Shown: positions 51,401 to 64,000 of the stretch, piece after piece
Layout of the letters: every line of letters begins with the position of its first letter
How positions within the stretch are numbered: position 1 is the stretch's first letter
Notes under the pieces: generated by a model
Seen by the model: the letters and a program-made list of their open reading frames with translations, nothing else
The model's database searches: none
What the model was told of the DNA's origin: nothing
Program-made: the position numbers and the translations under genes
Origin: Selaginella moellendorffii
Taxonomy: Eukaryota > Plantae > Lycopodiophyta
NCBI RefSeq assembly: GCF_000143415.4
Contig: NW_003314326.1
Coordinates: 687,827-751,826 of the forward strand
DNA length: 64,000 bases
Direction of reading: 5' to 3'

Positions 51401-54400
51401 CAAAGAAGAACAAGTACCTTTTGCCAAGGATTGAGGACCTGTTCGATAGGTTGGGAAAAGAAAAATACTTCTCGAGGATTGACCTAAGGTCAGGATACTA
51501 CCAGATCAGGGTAGCAGAGGAAGATGTCGAGAAAACAACCTGTCGAACAAGGTATGGGAGATTTGAGTTTCTGGTGATGCCCTTTGGGCTATGCAATGTG
51601 CCGACAACGTTTCAGGCGTTGATGAACCACATCTTTGTACCCTATCTGGATCACTTTGTGGTCGTCTATATTGACGACATCCTGATCTATAGCAAAACGC
51701 TAGAGGAGCATGCTGAACACTTGACAAAGGTGTTTGAGAAACTAAGGGAACACCAGCTATATGCTAAAGAGAGCAAATGTGACTTTGCTTAACAAGAGGT
51801 AAAGTTTCTCGGGCATGTGGTGGGCAAGGACGGGCTCAAGGTGGACCCTGAGAAGGTCCAAGCGATCCAGGATTGGGAGCGACCATCGAATGTACACGAG
51901 TTAAGGGCATTCTTGGGGCTATGCAACTACTACCGAAAGTTTATCAAACACTATTCGAGAGTAGCCCTGCCCTTAACAGACCAAACGGGAAAAGGGAAGA
52001 TGGTATGGACAGCAGAATGCAAGGCGGCATTTGTCCACCTCAAGGGGAAGTTGAGGAAGGCTCTCGTGTTGGCATTACCAGACTTTGGTAAAGACTTTGA
52101 GGTAGAAACGGATGTTTCAGACTTTGCGTTGGGCATAGTTTTGAAGCAAGACAACCATCCAGTAGTGTTCTTCTCGAAGAAGTTGGACAAGGCTCAACTG
52201 AAATGGCCTGCCCACGAGAAGGAATTATTTGCGGTGGTCAAGGCGCTCAAAGAGTGGTGACACTACCTTGGGAGACACTTCAAGGTTTACACGGACAATG
52301 TGGCAATGAAACACTTCTTGTCATAGCCTGACCTGAGAGGGAAACAGGGTCGGTGGGACGATGCTTTGGCCGAGTTTAATTGCAAGATTCTGTACAAGCC
52401 TGGGAAGAGCAACATCGTGGCAGATGCACTAAGTCGAAAAGCAAGCTTGAAGTTGGCAATATCCAGCGTGACAGCAACCTTTTGGGATGATGTGCGAATA
52501 GCATATGAGAATGATGGTCTAGCACAAGAAGTGTTACTGAGAAATCTAGAGGCACAGGAAGCTCACCAGAGAGGTGAGCTGCCAACGGAAGAGAAAACGG
52601 GCTATGCAGAACGCAACGGACTCATCTATTACAAGCAAATAAGGGTGTATGTTCCAGAAGGGGAACTAAGGAAGGTAGCCTTAGAAGAGTGTCATGACGG
52701 ACCTCTTGCGGGACACGGCAGTGCTTACTCAAGAGGAAGTACCACTGGCCAAATATGGCTAAGGACGTCCAAAACTATGTAAAGACATGTCCAACATGTC
52801 AGCAGGTCAAAGCCGTGACTAAGGCTAGTGGGGTCTTGTTACAAAGCATCCCAATTCTAGATCATCTGTGGAAATGTCTTATGATGGACTTCATCACGGG
52901 ACTCCCCCCAAGTGAGGGGTTTGATGCGATATTCATGGTGGTGGACCGATTTTCGAAGATGGCACATTTCATACCCACCACAACGGAAGTGGATGTGGAA
53001 GGTGTGGTAAAGCTGCTCTTCGAACAAGTGGTTCGAGTGCGGGGAAGGCCAGAGGAGATCATCTCAGATCGAGATAAGATCTTCACTAGCAAGTTCTGGA
53101 TGTAGCGCACCTTATCTCTCTCCCCTTAAGCCAATTGGAAAAGGGGCAATTGCTTGATGAGAGAGCCCTTAGTGGCTAATTTATCCCCATTTATCCTCCA
53201 AGGTTCCAAGGATCCACGGTGACAGTATATCTAAATCTCATCGCATGATCACATGCGCTACACTCACCCCCCCTTCAGAGATGTCAATGTCCTCATTGAC
53301 TATTGACTAACAACCCCTACTGAGCCAAGGGGAACCAGCACCTCCATTTCTGCACTAGATCTACCAATCCTCTACACTCACCCCCCCACGGTGACAGTAT
53401 ATCCAAATCTCATCGCATGATCACATGCGCTACACTCACCCCCCTTCAGAGATGTCAATGTCCTCATTGACTATTGACTAACAACCCCTACTGAGCCAAG
53501 GGGAACCAGCACCTCCATTTCTGCACTAGATCTACCAATCCTTTACACTCACCCCCCCTTCAGAGATGTCAATGTCCTCATTGACTATTGACTAACAACC
53601 CCTACTGAGCTAAGGGGAACCAGCACCTCCATTTCTGCACTAGATCTACCAATCCTTCTATTGTGTAGATCAGCTATTCCATGTGAGGCAACTAGTCATC
53701 CACCCGTACCGCAGTCCCATGGTGGATACTCCACACAAGAGGAATGACGTACGCATGGATGCCCAATATGTACAATTTCAAATTTAGGGGTAGGAATATA
53801 CCTTGCTCAAGGGTATATTATACTTTTAAGTAGCCACTAATCAATGGGAATCGAACCCGTGCTATTTGCTCCGATACCAACTGTAGCGCATCTTATCTCT
53901 CTCCCCTTAAGCCAATTGGAAAAGGGGCAATTGCTTGATGAGGGAGCCCTTAGTGGCTATTTTATCCCCATTTATCCTCCAAGGTTCCAAGGATCCACGG
54001 TGACAGTATATCCAAATCTCATCCCATGATCACATGCGCTACACTGGAGAACTCTCCTGGAACAGTATCGCACCAAGGTGAAATTCAGCACAGCCTATCA
54101 CCCACAGACAGGTAATGGGGTATTAAGTCAAGTTGGATGGCACTAACATTTCTTGACAAATGGACAAACAGAAAGGGTGAATAGGCAGCTGGAGGATTAT
54201 TTGCAATGTTATATCTTCGGAGACCAGACTGATTGGGTAAGTCATTTGGGACTTGCGGAAATGTGCTATAACAACTAACCACACTCAAGTATCGGGGTGA
54301 GTCCATGGGAAGTCATCAATGGGCGAGCTATTGAAGGTCCTGTGGAACTTGGCGTGGCTGAGTACCATGGAGAGTTACCTGCAGTGGAGGCATTCACGGC

Positions 54401-55215
54401 GGAAAGACTCAACATTTGGAATCTAGTGAGGGATTCCTTGGAATGGGCTCAACAAAGGCAAACCAAGTATGCGAACCAAAAGTGTCAGGACGTAGAGTTC
54501 CAACCTGGGGAGAAGGTGTGGCTAAACACCAAGAACCTAAGGCTACCAAGTGGGATCAGCCAGAAGTTGACCCAAAGGTAAGATGCATGTATTTCTGGAA
54601 ATGAATTGATCTTGAGTTCCTTAAACAGGTTTGCAGGGCCTTACAAGATTGAGGCATGAATCGGTAAAGTGGCTTACCGCCTCCGACTTCCTCGAGAGAT
54701 GGGGAAGATGCACCCAATATTCCATGTGAACTTACTCAAGTCGTACTTTGAGGATCCACTTCGCAAGGACCAAGTGAGACCTTTACCTGAGGTTATCCAA
54801 GGGGAAGAGGAATACGAAGTGGAGGCCATCCTCAATGCGTGCAAGAGCAAGTGACAAGGACACGAGGTGAGAGAGTTCCATGTGAAGTGGAAAGGATTTC
54901 CACACTGCAAAGCAACATGGGAACCGGAGGAGAACCTAACGAACGCGCGAGATCTAGTGGAGGAATTTCTACAAGGCAAAACTCTATGTACTTATGCAAA
55001 GTTCAATTAAAAGCATCCATTTGTGAAGTTGAGCAATGGCATATGTTGGGACCCGAAAGCGTGCCGAAGGTAAGCTAATTAGCATGGGTTAGCTAGGTCG
55101 ACCAAGCGTAGAGAACTACGCCCGACTCCCCACGGGGATGTCGAATCCGTAGACATATTCTACGGAGGTTGGGTTCGAGTCCCAACCCCCTAGTAAAGCA
55201 AGGTTGGGTTTAACC
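48491..55215 (+). mobile_element. Ty3/Gypsy chromovirus 'family A', 3'-truncated, with an intron-containing integrase
   Basis: 5' LTR 48491-49261 (TGTAAG..CTTACA); PBS-iMet tggtatcagagc 49265-49276; single-frame gag-pol from 49321 with point stops. Contains zinc knuckle CYNC..H....C, protease FIDIGA, RT YIDD, RNase H, integrase and chromodomain. Ends at a (GA)n run near 55216. Confidence 0.93.
53101..54043 (-). mobile_element. Second TRIM family ('F') inserted in the family A integrase
   Basis: 162-bp LTRs 53101-53262 and 53882-54043 (TGTAGCGC..GCGCTACA); TSD CTGGA; PBS-iMet 53868-53879; PPT gaagggggggtgag. Confidence 0.92.
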
Positions 55216-55819
55216 GAGAGAGAGAGAGAGAGAATGTGCCTAGAAATGCGAAGATCAAACCTGCTTTGATGCCGACATCACCGACTACATCTCCACTTAC
55301 ATTCTAAATGACTGCTCACTTGCACTCTAATGCCTCTCTCCACTTTTCTGCGTATAATGTAGGCTGGAAGGCGTGAGAGTTGTCCAGCTCTTTCTCGTTT
55401 ATGACACAGTTCCTTTGCCTTCTTTCTGTTCTTCCTCGGAAAATTACTCACTCAAAGTTTAGTTTCACTTCGAACTGGATTCACTTCACAAATTGATTAT
55501 GTTACCCTTTTTAGATCAATGGAGCATTCCGAATTTGGAATGTTTCTTTCCTGCACTGATTGAATACAGCTGCTTGTACTCTGACAATGTTCTCGCCTTA
55601 CGTTCTTTGTAAAAGCGTCAACCTTCTCGATCAATCCCGACCACAATGGCAACTCCACGAGCGTCATCTTCTTTGTGCAGCCGCCCCCCATTCGTTCTCC
55701 CTAGAGGTTTCAAACCAATTCCGACCATAAAATAAAACCATAGTGGATGTTTAATCTAAACTCCCTTTACACACTCAAGCCCATTTCCTCCTTTAAGCTT
55801 GTAAAATAAGGAAATATTT

Positions 55820-56180
55820 TAGGTTTTCACTATTTCACCAGAGACCCAGTTCTGTAGCGATTTGCCACAAGCCTCTGCTGGTGTTCTCCGATAACAAAAG
55901 AGCCTCCCACTTCTGAAATCCACGCCAGCCATCATGAGATGAAGAGATCTGAGTGGTGGAAGGAGAGTGAAATCTCTAACAGGCTCTTCCTCAATGCAAT
56001 CGATAACATGTGTTGGTGTGTGATTGGCTTCTTGGATAAGATTCACAACGTGGTCGATGGATCTGCTTAACAGTGGAGGAAGCGATTGCAGTAAAGACTG
56101 CATTGCCAAGAAATCCATTGGCAAGTGGAGGATTGACATCCACGATGAACCTTAAGGGTGAGCACAAAAACAAGAACATT
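55820..56180 (-). pseudogene. BAHD/HXXXD acyltransferase C-terminal fragment
   Basis: PPLANGFLGNAVFTA and a degenerate DFGWG (VDFRSG), in different frames. Confidence 0.55.
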
Positions 56181-57144
56181 ACTCTCAGAAGTGATTTGCA
56201 TTGCTATGTTTTTGAGAGGCAATTGCACATTGCATTGCATGAAGATACTCTTGAAAAGTTGTATTTCTGGATGTTTTTTAACATCTTCTTGCTTTCTAAC
56301 CTTTCATGTTATGCATAGACCTCAAGAGTCATATCTATTAGCATGTTGGGCCAAAGAAGAGGAATAAGGATAGAGTTGCTGACACATATAGGATTTGGTG
56401 AAAAGATTGATTAAGACTTTCCAAGGGAAAATTTAGGGAAGTTGATTGGAGTAGGCCATGCATGATCATTAGACATGTGCTCAAGAACACTCTTACTTTT
56501 TAAAACTGTGCCAAATACAATCTAAAATGAGATTTAATCAAGCTATATCAATAATGGAGAACCAAATGATTGCAAAACCAGTGTACTGGATTCTTATTGC
56601 ATGGTGCCACCTTCTATTAAAAAATATTATTCATCCTCAACTCTTCCAAGTTAGTAGTTTCACTCTAGTTCTCAAGAACCTGCTCACAATAGTGACCAAC
56701 TGCAGGGCAAAGCATGATTAATTGGGCATTTACTTGCTTTCTTTTGCATATGCTTAAGAGTTTTTGGCCTTGGTTTTCATATATACACAACTTACAATTT
56801 GCCATATCGAGACTTGCATCTATATATATATAACTTTGATGATCCCTAATTGAAGTATTAAAAGGCACCCTAAGAAGCATATGTCAAAGATATTGGGTTC
56901 ACACATTTGGGATATAGACTATACATACTAGCATATTCTATAGTATATATAGAAGTATATTTCTAGGGTTTCTCATAGTTGAAGGGTATATACTAGCATA
57001 TCTTATAGTATATATAGAAGTATATTTCTAGGGTTTCTCGTGGAGAGAGTTCACATCATATTCTATGCAAAATCAAATACTCTCATTAGGCTTCATTAGA
57101 ATATGAGGTTAACATATCTAGTATAAGTTTTTAAATTTAAATTT

Positions 57145-57870
57145 CCCAAAAAGTCACCCAACCCAAATAGTACTCTAACCCAAAGACACTTAACCCAAAG
57201 TGTCTTAAAAGGTCATCCAACTCAGTAATCCAATATTATTTAAACCCAAAGACACTTAACCTTAAGTATTTTAGGACTCATAACCAATTGAAAAAAGGGT
57301 GCACTCTTATTCATTGGCCCTTTTCTTCTATATTTGAATTTTTATGGATTATTTTTCGAGTTGTTTCTTTTAATTGCTTACAATTCATAACACTTCTTTA
57401 CAAGTTTATACCTTCGTGAATAGAAACTAAAAGCCGCAGCCCTTCTAAAAGCCCTACTCTCTTGACATTCTACCCCTTAAGTTGAGTCCAGCTAGAGGCA
57501 AATTTAATCTATCAGATGTTAATCTCAATATGTGGTGTGATTCTATAGTTAGTCAATAGAGTCGGACTTAACACTTTACCTATCGAGTTGAACCTAACTA
57601 AAGGCAAATTAAATTTACCAAATATCAATTTTAATATATAGTGTAATTCCCTTAGCTAACCAACAAAATCAAACTTGAGATCACTCTGATACCAAATGTA
57701 AACTCTTGAATTTGGACTTCTTAGGAAACTCAGTATTTAAGAATGTTTAATTCGAAATATCCCAAAACCCTTAACCAATTAAAAAAGTGCCTGCACTTTT
57801 ATTCATAGGCCCTTTTTCTTTATATTTAAACCCTTGTAAATCATTTCTTAAGTCATTCTATTTGATTATT
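57145..57870 (-). mobile_element. Old, AT-eroded Cassandra copy
   Basis: Degenerate match to 8338-8887, including the PBS ctctgatacca at ~57685. Confidence 0.75.
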
Positions 57871-59213
57871 GATTTTGAAACTTTTAGATAACACTCTTCT
57901 CCAATATCTCTTTTTTGCCTATTTTGATCTTGATCTCCTTTGGTGACTAACATTGAGCAAGAATCTTGATTAGACATATATATTAACATACTTCTTAAGT
58001 CAGTCAATTATCATAATACAAAGATTGTTTGAGGGATTTATATAAGTAAGAAAGAAATATATAGGAAGTAGTAGAAAGATAAAAGTGATAGAAACAGAGA
58101 TAAAAGTTGAGGGATGAAGTAAAACAAAAATGAGATTGATATTATTGCTGCCCGTGTTTAAAAGTAAGGGCAAGGATGTGGTTATGGCCATGATATTTGA
58201 TATTGGGTGTATTATAAGATTGGTCACACATATTAGTGTTGTTGGTGTTTCCTAGATTGACATCTTTCATTTCTTAAATCAACAATATCAAGTTAGTGTT
58301 GCTGTAGTGGAAAATCTTGATACAAAGATTTTTCTAAAAAATGAAGAGATATGTGAATAGTGGAAAGTCCTTACATGAATAAATTAACAACTTTTCCATC
58401 CTTATTTTAGGAGTACCATCAAGAGGTTCACTCAACATTAGTTTATTCAATTTTTACTTTCCAAACTCATTTTTTGAATAATAAATGTTCCATGTTATCC
58501 TCTTTATCTTGGTTAATATAGATTCAAATTTATCATCTACTACTCAGCATATTGCAATATATTTTGTTTATATTTGCATTGTTCGCTAATGGCAATGATT
58601 ATACAAATGTGTGTGCACGAGATGAGGTAAACTTAACTATATGTGTGCTTGATCTCAAGCTGAACCTTTAATTATTGTGGGTCTCTTAGGCTATCTTAAC
58701 TTATGGAAGCATCCCAAGCTTCAAACTAAAGGAAAGCAAGTATTTTATAATTGAAAATAATAATGATTATAATTATAATATACTATTGAATCAATTTTAC
58801 TTTACTTTGGTATCAACTCATTTATGTTATTATTGGGTAATTAGTATTTCAGTTTAACAATTGATATAAATTTTTCATTATTTATTTTACAAGGATTAGT
58901 AAATGAACTAAATAGAGAAGATTTGAAATTTTCTTTCTAAATAATAAGAGTTTAATATAAGTAATGTATTGTAATATACAGTAGTATAATCTAGATTTAA
59001 AAATTCTTAGTTGTATTTTTTATTTCCTAAATATTTAAAATTTACAAATTTTGAAAAAAATAAAAATAAAATATTTATATAAAATAATATTTTATAATTT
59101 TTATCAAATAAAGTTGATATAATTGGAAAATATCAACTAAATTTTTTATTATATGCCCTGTTAGCTAAAGCCCATTCTGTTTTCTTATGTTTATGAGTTT
59201 CAAAAATTGCATA

Positions 59214-59555
59214 TCAAAATATATAATATTCTATTATTTGAGCTTCCTCATAATCATTATTACTATTTTGAACATAAGCAGAACATTCTCTTGATTTTCC
59301 TATAAATAGTCCATCTTTAAATGTAAATTGGCACCAAAATTGAGTTCTTGGAAAGGGCCACCAATTTGTTTCAAATGAAAATGAAAACTTTTGTCTATTT
59401 TGCAAAGTAATTAGACCTATTTTATGTTTTGATTCACAACTTCCATCAATAGAAAAGCCTGTTCTATTAATAATAAAAATTTCAATAGATAAACAATATA
59501 AAATTAATGAAAATAAAGTTATATAAATAACATTTAACTGAAATATTAAATACAT
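59214..59555 (-). CDS. Small secreted S-protein homolog (SPH / self-incompatibility S1 family)-like protein
   Basis: Hydrophobic N-terminal signal followed by IFIINRTGFSIDGSCESK..IGLITLQNRQKFSFSFETNW...TQFWCQF, matching the SPH pattern VxIxN...C.S...LG...L.....F.F......T.FxCxF. Confidence 0.6.
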   Translation of the reverse strand: MYLIFQLNVIYITLFSLILYCLSIEIFIINRTGFSIDGSCESKHKIGLITLQNRQKFSFSFETNWWPFPRTQFWCQFTFKDGLFIGKSRECSAYVQNSNNDYEEAQIIEYYIF

Positions 59556-61559
59556 CCTAAAAAAAGTTTATCAAAATATAAGGAAAATTTATCACTTATG
59601 CCTCTCTAGAAAACATTAATGTTGTCTGTAATTTATAAGAATATATTTTCTTGTTATATGTAAATAGTAATATATAGCTATTTTTTTTAAAAAAGAGTAT
59701 GGTTAAATATAAACTCTGTTTTATATGTTTTATTGTTGCTTTGAAATATATTACTTTACTTTCCTAATTTTTAAAAACATTTTAGCACTCTAGAGAGTAC
59801 ACTTTTGTTCTGATGATTGAGCTAATTTAAGAGTCTTAATAAAATAACATAAATCAATAGTATTCCTATTTCAGTCTATGTGGCAATGATGTGGGACCAA
59901 TTACATGGTATTTGTATCTTTCCACTTCCATCAGATTATGTTTCTTATGGGTGTCCTCCAAGTAACATACAGTGGTGGGGTTTTGCCCATATTTGATGAA
60001 GAGTAGCTTCTTAGATTGAGATAATTTTTCTCAATCGAAACTAAAGGAGTAGATTTCTCAAGGTTTATGCATGACCACAAAGTAGGGTGGAGGAGGAGTT
60101 GGGATTCAACAAGGTGTACACAGCTGTGGCTTTTGCTGCTTCAGAAGATGGGCTAGCCAAGAAAGCCAATAGACATAAACAAGATTGCTTTCTAAATTGA
60201 ATGTGGTGCTCGAAGAGAATTCTCACCTACACCCTATAAAACTGTTTAGAAACCTTTCGATCCTCTTCCAGTTTGAAACAATTGAGAGTTGCAAGAAAAG
60301 GGTTTAATAAGGAATCTTCTTCAACTATCATCTGAATGGATGCATTAGTGTTGCACTGTCTCCACCAAGAAAAAGAACAAGAAAGAATGGGAGTTTGCCA
60401 GTCAAACAAGTGCTAGTTAAAAAAATGAGAAAGATCATAGTCGAATGAACGCTGATGGGACTAGAAAGATACAAATGCCATGTAAGTGTTGCCATGTCAT
60501 TGCCACATAGGTGGAGAGAGAATGAAATAGGATGGAATTGTTTTAGAGGCTTATCTATATAATGCATTAGGAAATATATTATAATATATAAGTGCACATA
60601 GAGAGAGAGAGAGTAATAGACTTTGTAATTGGACATTCATTTAAACCCTACTAATTTATTGTCATTTTTCTTATACTTACATAAAGGTACACTTAGAGAG
60701 ATGAGACTTTTTAATTGGACTTGTTCTCCTATACAAGACATCAGAATAATCAAGCCTAACTCCAAGCTATATATACTTGTTTTTGCATTAGTCTAATATC
60801 TCTTGAGCATTCATTTACACCCTACTCATTTATTGTTGTTGCTCTAATATTTACATAAAGGCAAACATATTCAATAGTCAGCATTGCAACACCTTCACTT
60901 AACTATCATTTATTGACCTGCTCACAATCCCCTTTATAGTAGCATGAGAATCCACTTCTTTGCCCTTATCATTGTATTCTTCTTGGGTTTTTTTTTGTTT
61001 TGTACACCTTTTCTTTTTCCACTAGGCTTTTAACTTTTTATGGTTTCTTAAATCATCCTTATATATTTGGGCTTAATTTAGAATGGGACGTGCTTAAAAT
61101 ACTTTGTTGTGTGTTGTGTTGTTATGCAGCAATACTTGGTTTTCTTAACTATATAATATATAGTTTGTTATGATTTGTCCAATATGTCTTTTATCCATGA
61201 TCTATAAATGTTGGGCCTTTTATTATTTGTTTATAACCTTTTATTTATAAGGTCTCTAGTATATGTTAACATTAGGCTAATCTCAGTGGCCACATCAGCA
61301 TGGATCTCAATCTCTATCATGAATAAACAAGACAAATAAGGAGGAAGAGCTCCTTAAATTAGAAGGAATAATTAGACAAGTAAGCAGGGAATGAAATGAG
61401 AGGGATGGAGAGAGGAGGAGGAAAGAGTATAGAGAAAATAAGAACCTACCATAAACTTGTGTTGTCCCTATTTATAACCAACTTTGCTAGTTTGTCCTTT
61501 CGGTCTATCCATCTGTTTGGGGATGACATGTAGTGTAACTAAGTTTTGTTCCTAGCGAC

Positions 61560-63057
61560 TAGAACAAGGATCTTCAAAAATGACTCATGATCCCATAGTA
61601 CCAAACAATTCCCAGCTAAAACAGCTCAACCACCTTCTTTACATCTGCTGTGGTTGCCAAAGGAATAAAGTGGCTGATCTTTGTCAAGTGGTCTACTACC
61701 ACCATGACAGCATCCAATCCAGCCACCTTAGGCAAGCCTATCCCATTGATACTGATGCAAAAGATGCTTGAGCTACTGACAACAGCTTCAGCATAGAGAA
61801 GGAACCATCTCAGTCTTGATTTGCTAGCATGTCAAACACTCCCTCACCCAGCACTTGACCTCCCGCTACATTCCCTTCTAGTAAAAGTGAGACATGATGG
61901 CAGCTAGAGTTCTCCATGCCTAGATGGCCCACCAGCATATCTGAGTGACACTCCACAAAAATCTCCTCCCTAAGATTTGCATTGCTACTTATCACTAGTT
62001 TACCTTTCCTCTAAAGAAGGCCATCCTTGAATAGAAATTCAGGATATGACTGATCAGTGGACTATGAGAGCTGAGTGAAGATTGGCCCAAGAACCATGTC
62101 ATTTTTGTATCCCTTTGCCACTTTGGCTAGGAAGTTTGGTGTCCATCTGGATACTCCCATTGAGACTTGTGATGCCGGCTTCTTAAACATCCTGGATAAT
62201 GCATTTGGCAAGGTATTCTTCTTCCCTGGCTTGAATTCAATAGTGAAGTCAAGCACTTGAAGTTTCTCTATCCACCCTCTCTGCTTCTTATTCAGTTGTG
62301 GTTGCTCTAGCAGGAGCTTGATGCTATAGTGATCTCTCTAGAGCATGAATCACAAAGGTAGCAAGTAATGCCGCCTCCACAGTATGCATCACCACCAGCA
62401 TTTTCTGTTTGTAAGTAGGGAGACTTGCCTCATGGGGATTGAAATGATGGCTCTTGAAGGTGATGATTCTTTGCTCTTGTTTGAGTACATCCCCTATCCC
62501 AACATCTGAAACATTAGTTTTAACAATGAACGTCTTCGAGAAGTCTAGGAGTTGAAGAATTGCAGCAACCAGGATCATTTTATTTAGCAAGGAAAACATT
62601 TGTTAATAACCTCTTCCTACATGAATGATGACATGTGTAAGATATTTGTTAATGGAGCAGCAATGGCAGCATAGTGCCACAAGTAGTTGCAAAGGTCAAG
62701 GAATGCATGTAGCTGCTTCAAGGAGGTTAGTGTTGGCCAATTCTCCACCACATTTAGCTTTGCAGAATCAAGATGAAGGAGGCCCATTGAAATGTGGAAA
62801 CCTAAATACTCCACCTCTACTTGCATGAATACCCACTTTGACAACTTGGCCACTAGTGAGAATTCCTTAAGGCAGTTGAAGACTTGTTGCAATAATTGTT
62901 CCTTGGTGTCCTTGTTATGAATTGAGATGTCATTAAAGAAGATGATCATGAACCTATAAAGGAACTCCTTGTTCATCATTTCTAATGTCACAGCAAATGG
63001 TAAAAATTTGACTTGATAGAGTCCCTAATGTGTTCTGAAGGCGGTTTTTGGCATATC
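61560..63057 (-). mobile_element. Decayed Gypsy RT/RNase H/integrase ('family G'); inverted near-duplicate of 47183-48134
   Basis: Same peptides (LDFTIEFKPGKKNTLPNALSR) and the same disablements. Confidence 0.85.
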
Positions 63058-63290
63058 TGTAAGCAACGAAAGGGAACGACTTGAGAGACGGTCCATGGGG
63101 TTCAAATATAAAGGGAAAGGGCCCATGAATAAGAGTGCACCCCCTTTTCTAATTGGTTAAGGGTCTTGGGATATTTGGGGTTAAATGTCCTTGGGTTTGA
63201 ATAGTACTAGGCTGGGTGACCTCCTGGGAAGTCCAAACTCAGGAGCTTACATTTGGTATCAGAGAGGTCTCGAGTCCAACTCTGTTGGTT
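63058..63290 (+). mobile_element. Cassandra 5' LTR, PBS and start of the internal region (interrupted)
   Basis: LTR 63058-63251 with the 5S-like segment, followed by tttggtatcagag. Confidence 0.88.
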
Positions 63291-64000
63291 GTGCAAGGGT
63301 TCTCAGTCGCGGAGAGAGCCTCGGCATGGCTTCCCTGGCACCCGCTCCAGCGTGCGTTCGGCAGAGTCGTGCTGTGTGGTCCATGGGCATGGCCTTGGGG
63401 CCACATCCGTACGCCTGTCGGGCGAGGGGGAGGGAGGCAGTAGTTGTGAGACACATGGGCATGGCCTTGGGGCCACATCCGTACGCCTGCCGGGTGAGGG
63501 GGAGGGAGGCAGCAGTTGTGAGACACAAAATCCCTAGGCCCCAAAGTGGAGCCAGAAGGGCGCCACGTGGTAGTGGCCGAAGCGAGAGCCAAACGAGCGT
63601 AACACGTTTGGACCAAAAGCTCAGACCAAGGCCACATCCGTACGCCTACCGGGTGAGGGGGAGGGAGGCAGTAGTTGTGAGACACAAAATCCCTAGGCCC
63701 CAAAGTGGAGCCAGAAGGGCGCCACGTGGTAGTGGCCGAAGCGAGAGCCAAACGAGCGTAACACGTTTGGACCAAAAGCTCCGACTTGAAAAGTCAAGAG
63801 CGGGAGTGGAACTCCCAACGAAGTGCTCGAGGAATGATGGAGTTCGAGATGGAGTCCGAGATGGAACCGAGATCGAGACCGAGTCCGAATCCGAAACCGG
63901 GACTAAGACCGAGTCCGAGTCCGAGTTCGAGTCCGAGTCCAAGTCCGAATACTAATACAGGCAGTTGGGTGAAAGCCCAAAGCGATCGTCCCCGGGGGGG
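63290..64000 (+). mobile_element. Family D-related element end with tandemly reiterated PPT/LTR-start units; runs off the window
   Basis: gggagggaggcag(t/c)agt|tgtgagacac occurs three times (~63445, 63517, 63676), followed by the D-type LTR and hexamer array. Confidence 0.75.

Overview
A repeat-dense plant nuclear window. The ~50-60 nt introns, Cassandra elements and Tcn1-like chromovirus suggest a non-seed vascular plant such as Selaginella (inference). It is mostly a nest of transposons. An old AT-rich Ty3/Gypsy remnant (about 5-37 kb, minus strand) has been invaded by a self-priming Tcn1/Tf1-type chromovirus (7627-17286, TSD CATTT), a LARD-like element (18119-25289) and an 8-kb Sola1-type DNA transposon (27438-35439, 24-bp TIRs, TSD ATTT). 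Cassandra (5S-bearing TRIM) copies, a second TRIM and a second chromovirus family ('family A', 48491-55215 plus fragments) are also present. Host-type sequence is limited to a RED/SMU2 splicing-factor gene split by an inversion, a decayed FIP37 (WTAP) copy, a BAHD fragment and a small SPH/S1-like secreted protein ORF. Highlights: (1) family A carries short GT-AG spliceosomal introns inside its integrase, and none of its copies here has lost them. (2) A Cassandra/family-A hybrid with two different LTRs sits inside one TSD, pointing to family A as the autonomous partner of Cassandra. (3) The Sola1 element encodes a divergent ParB/Srx-like protein and is studded with about 15 copies of a 22-bp palindrome, suggesting a protein-plus-cognate-site system. 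All domain calls are by-eye motif recognition; no searches were run.
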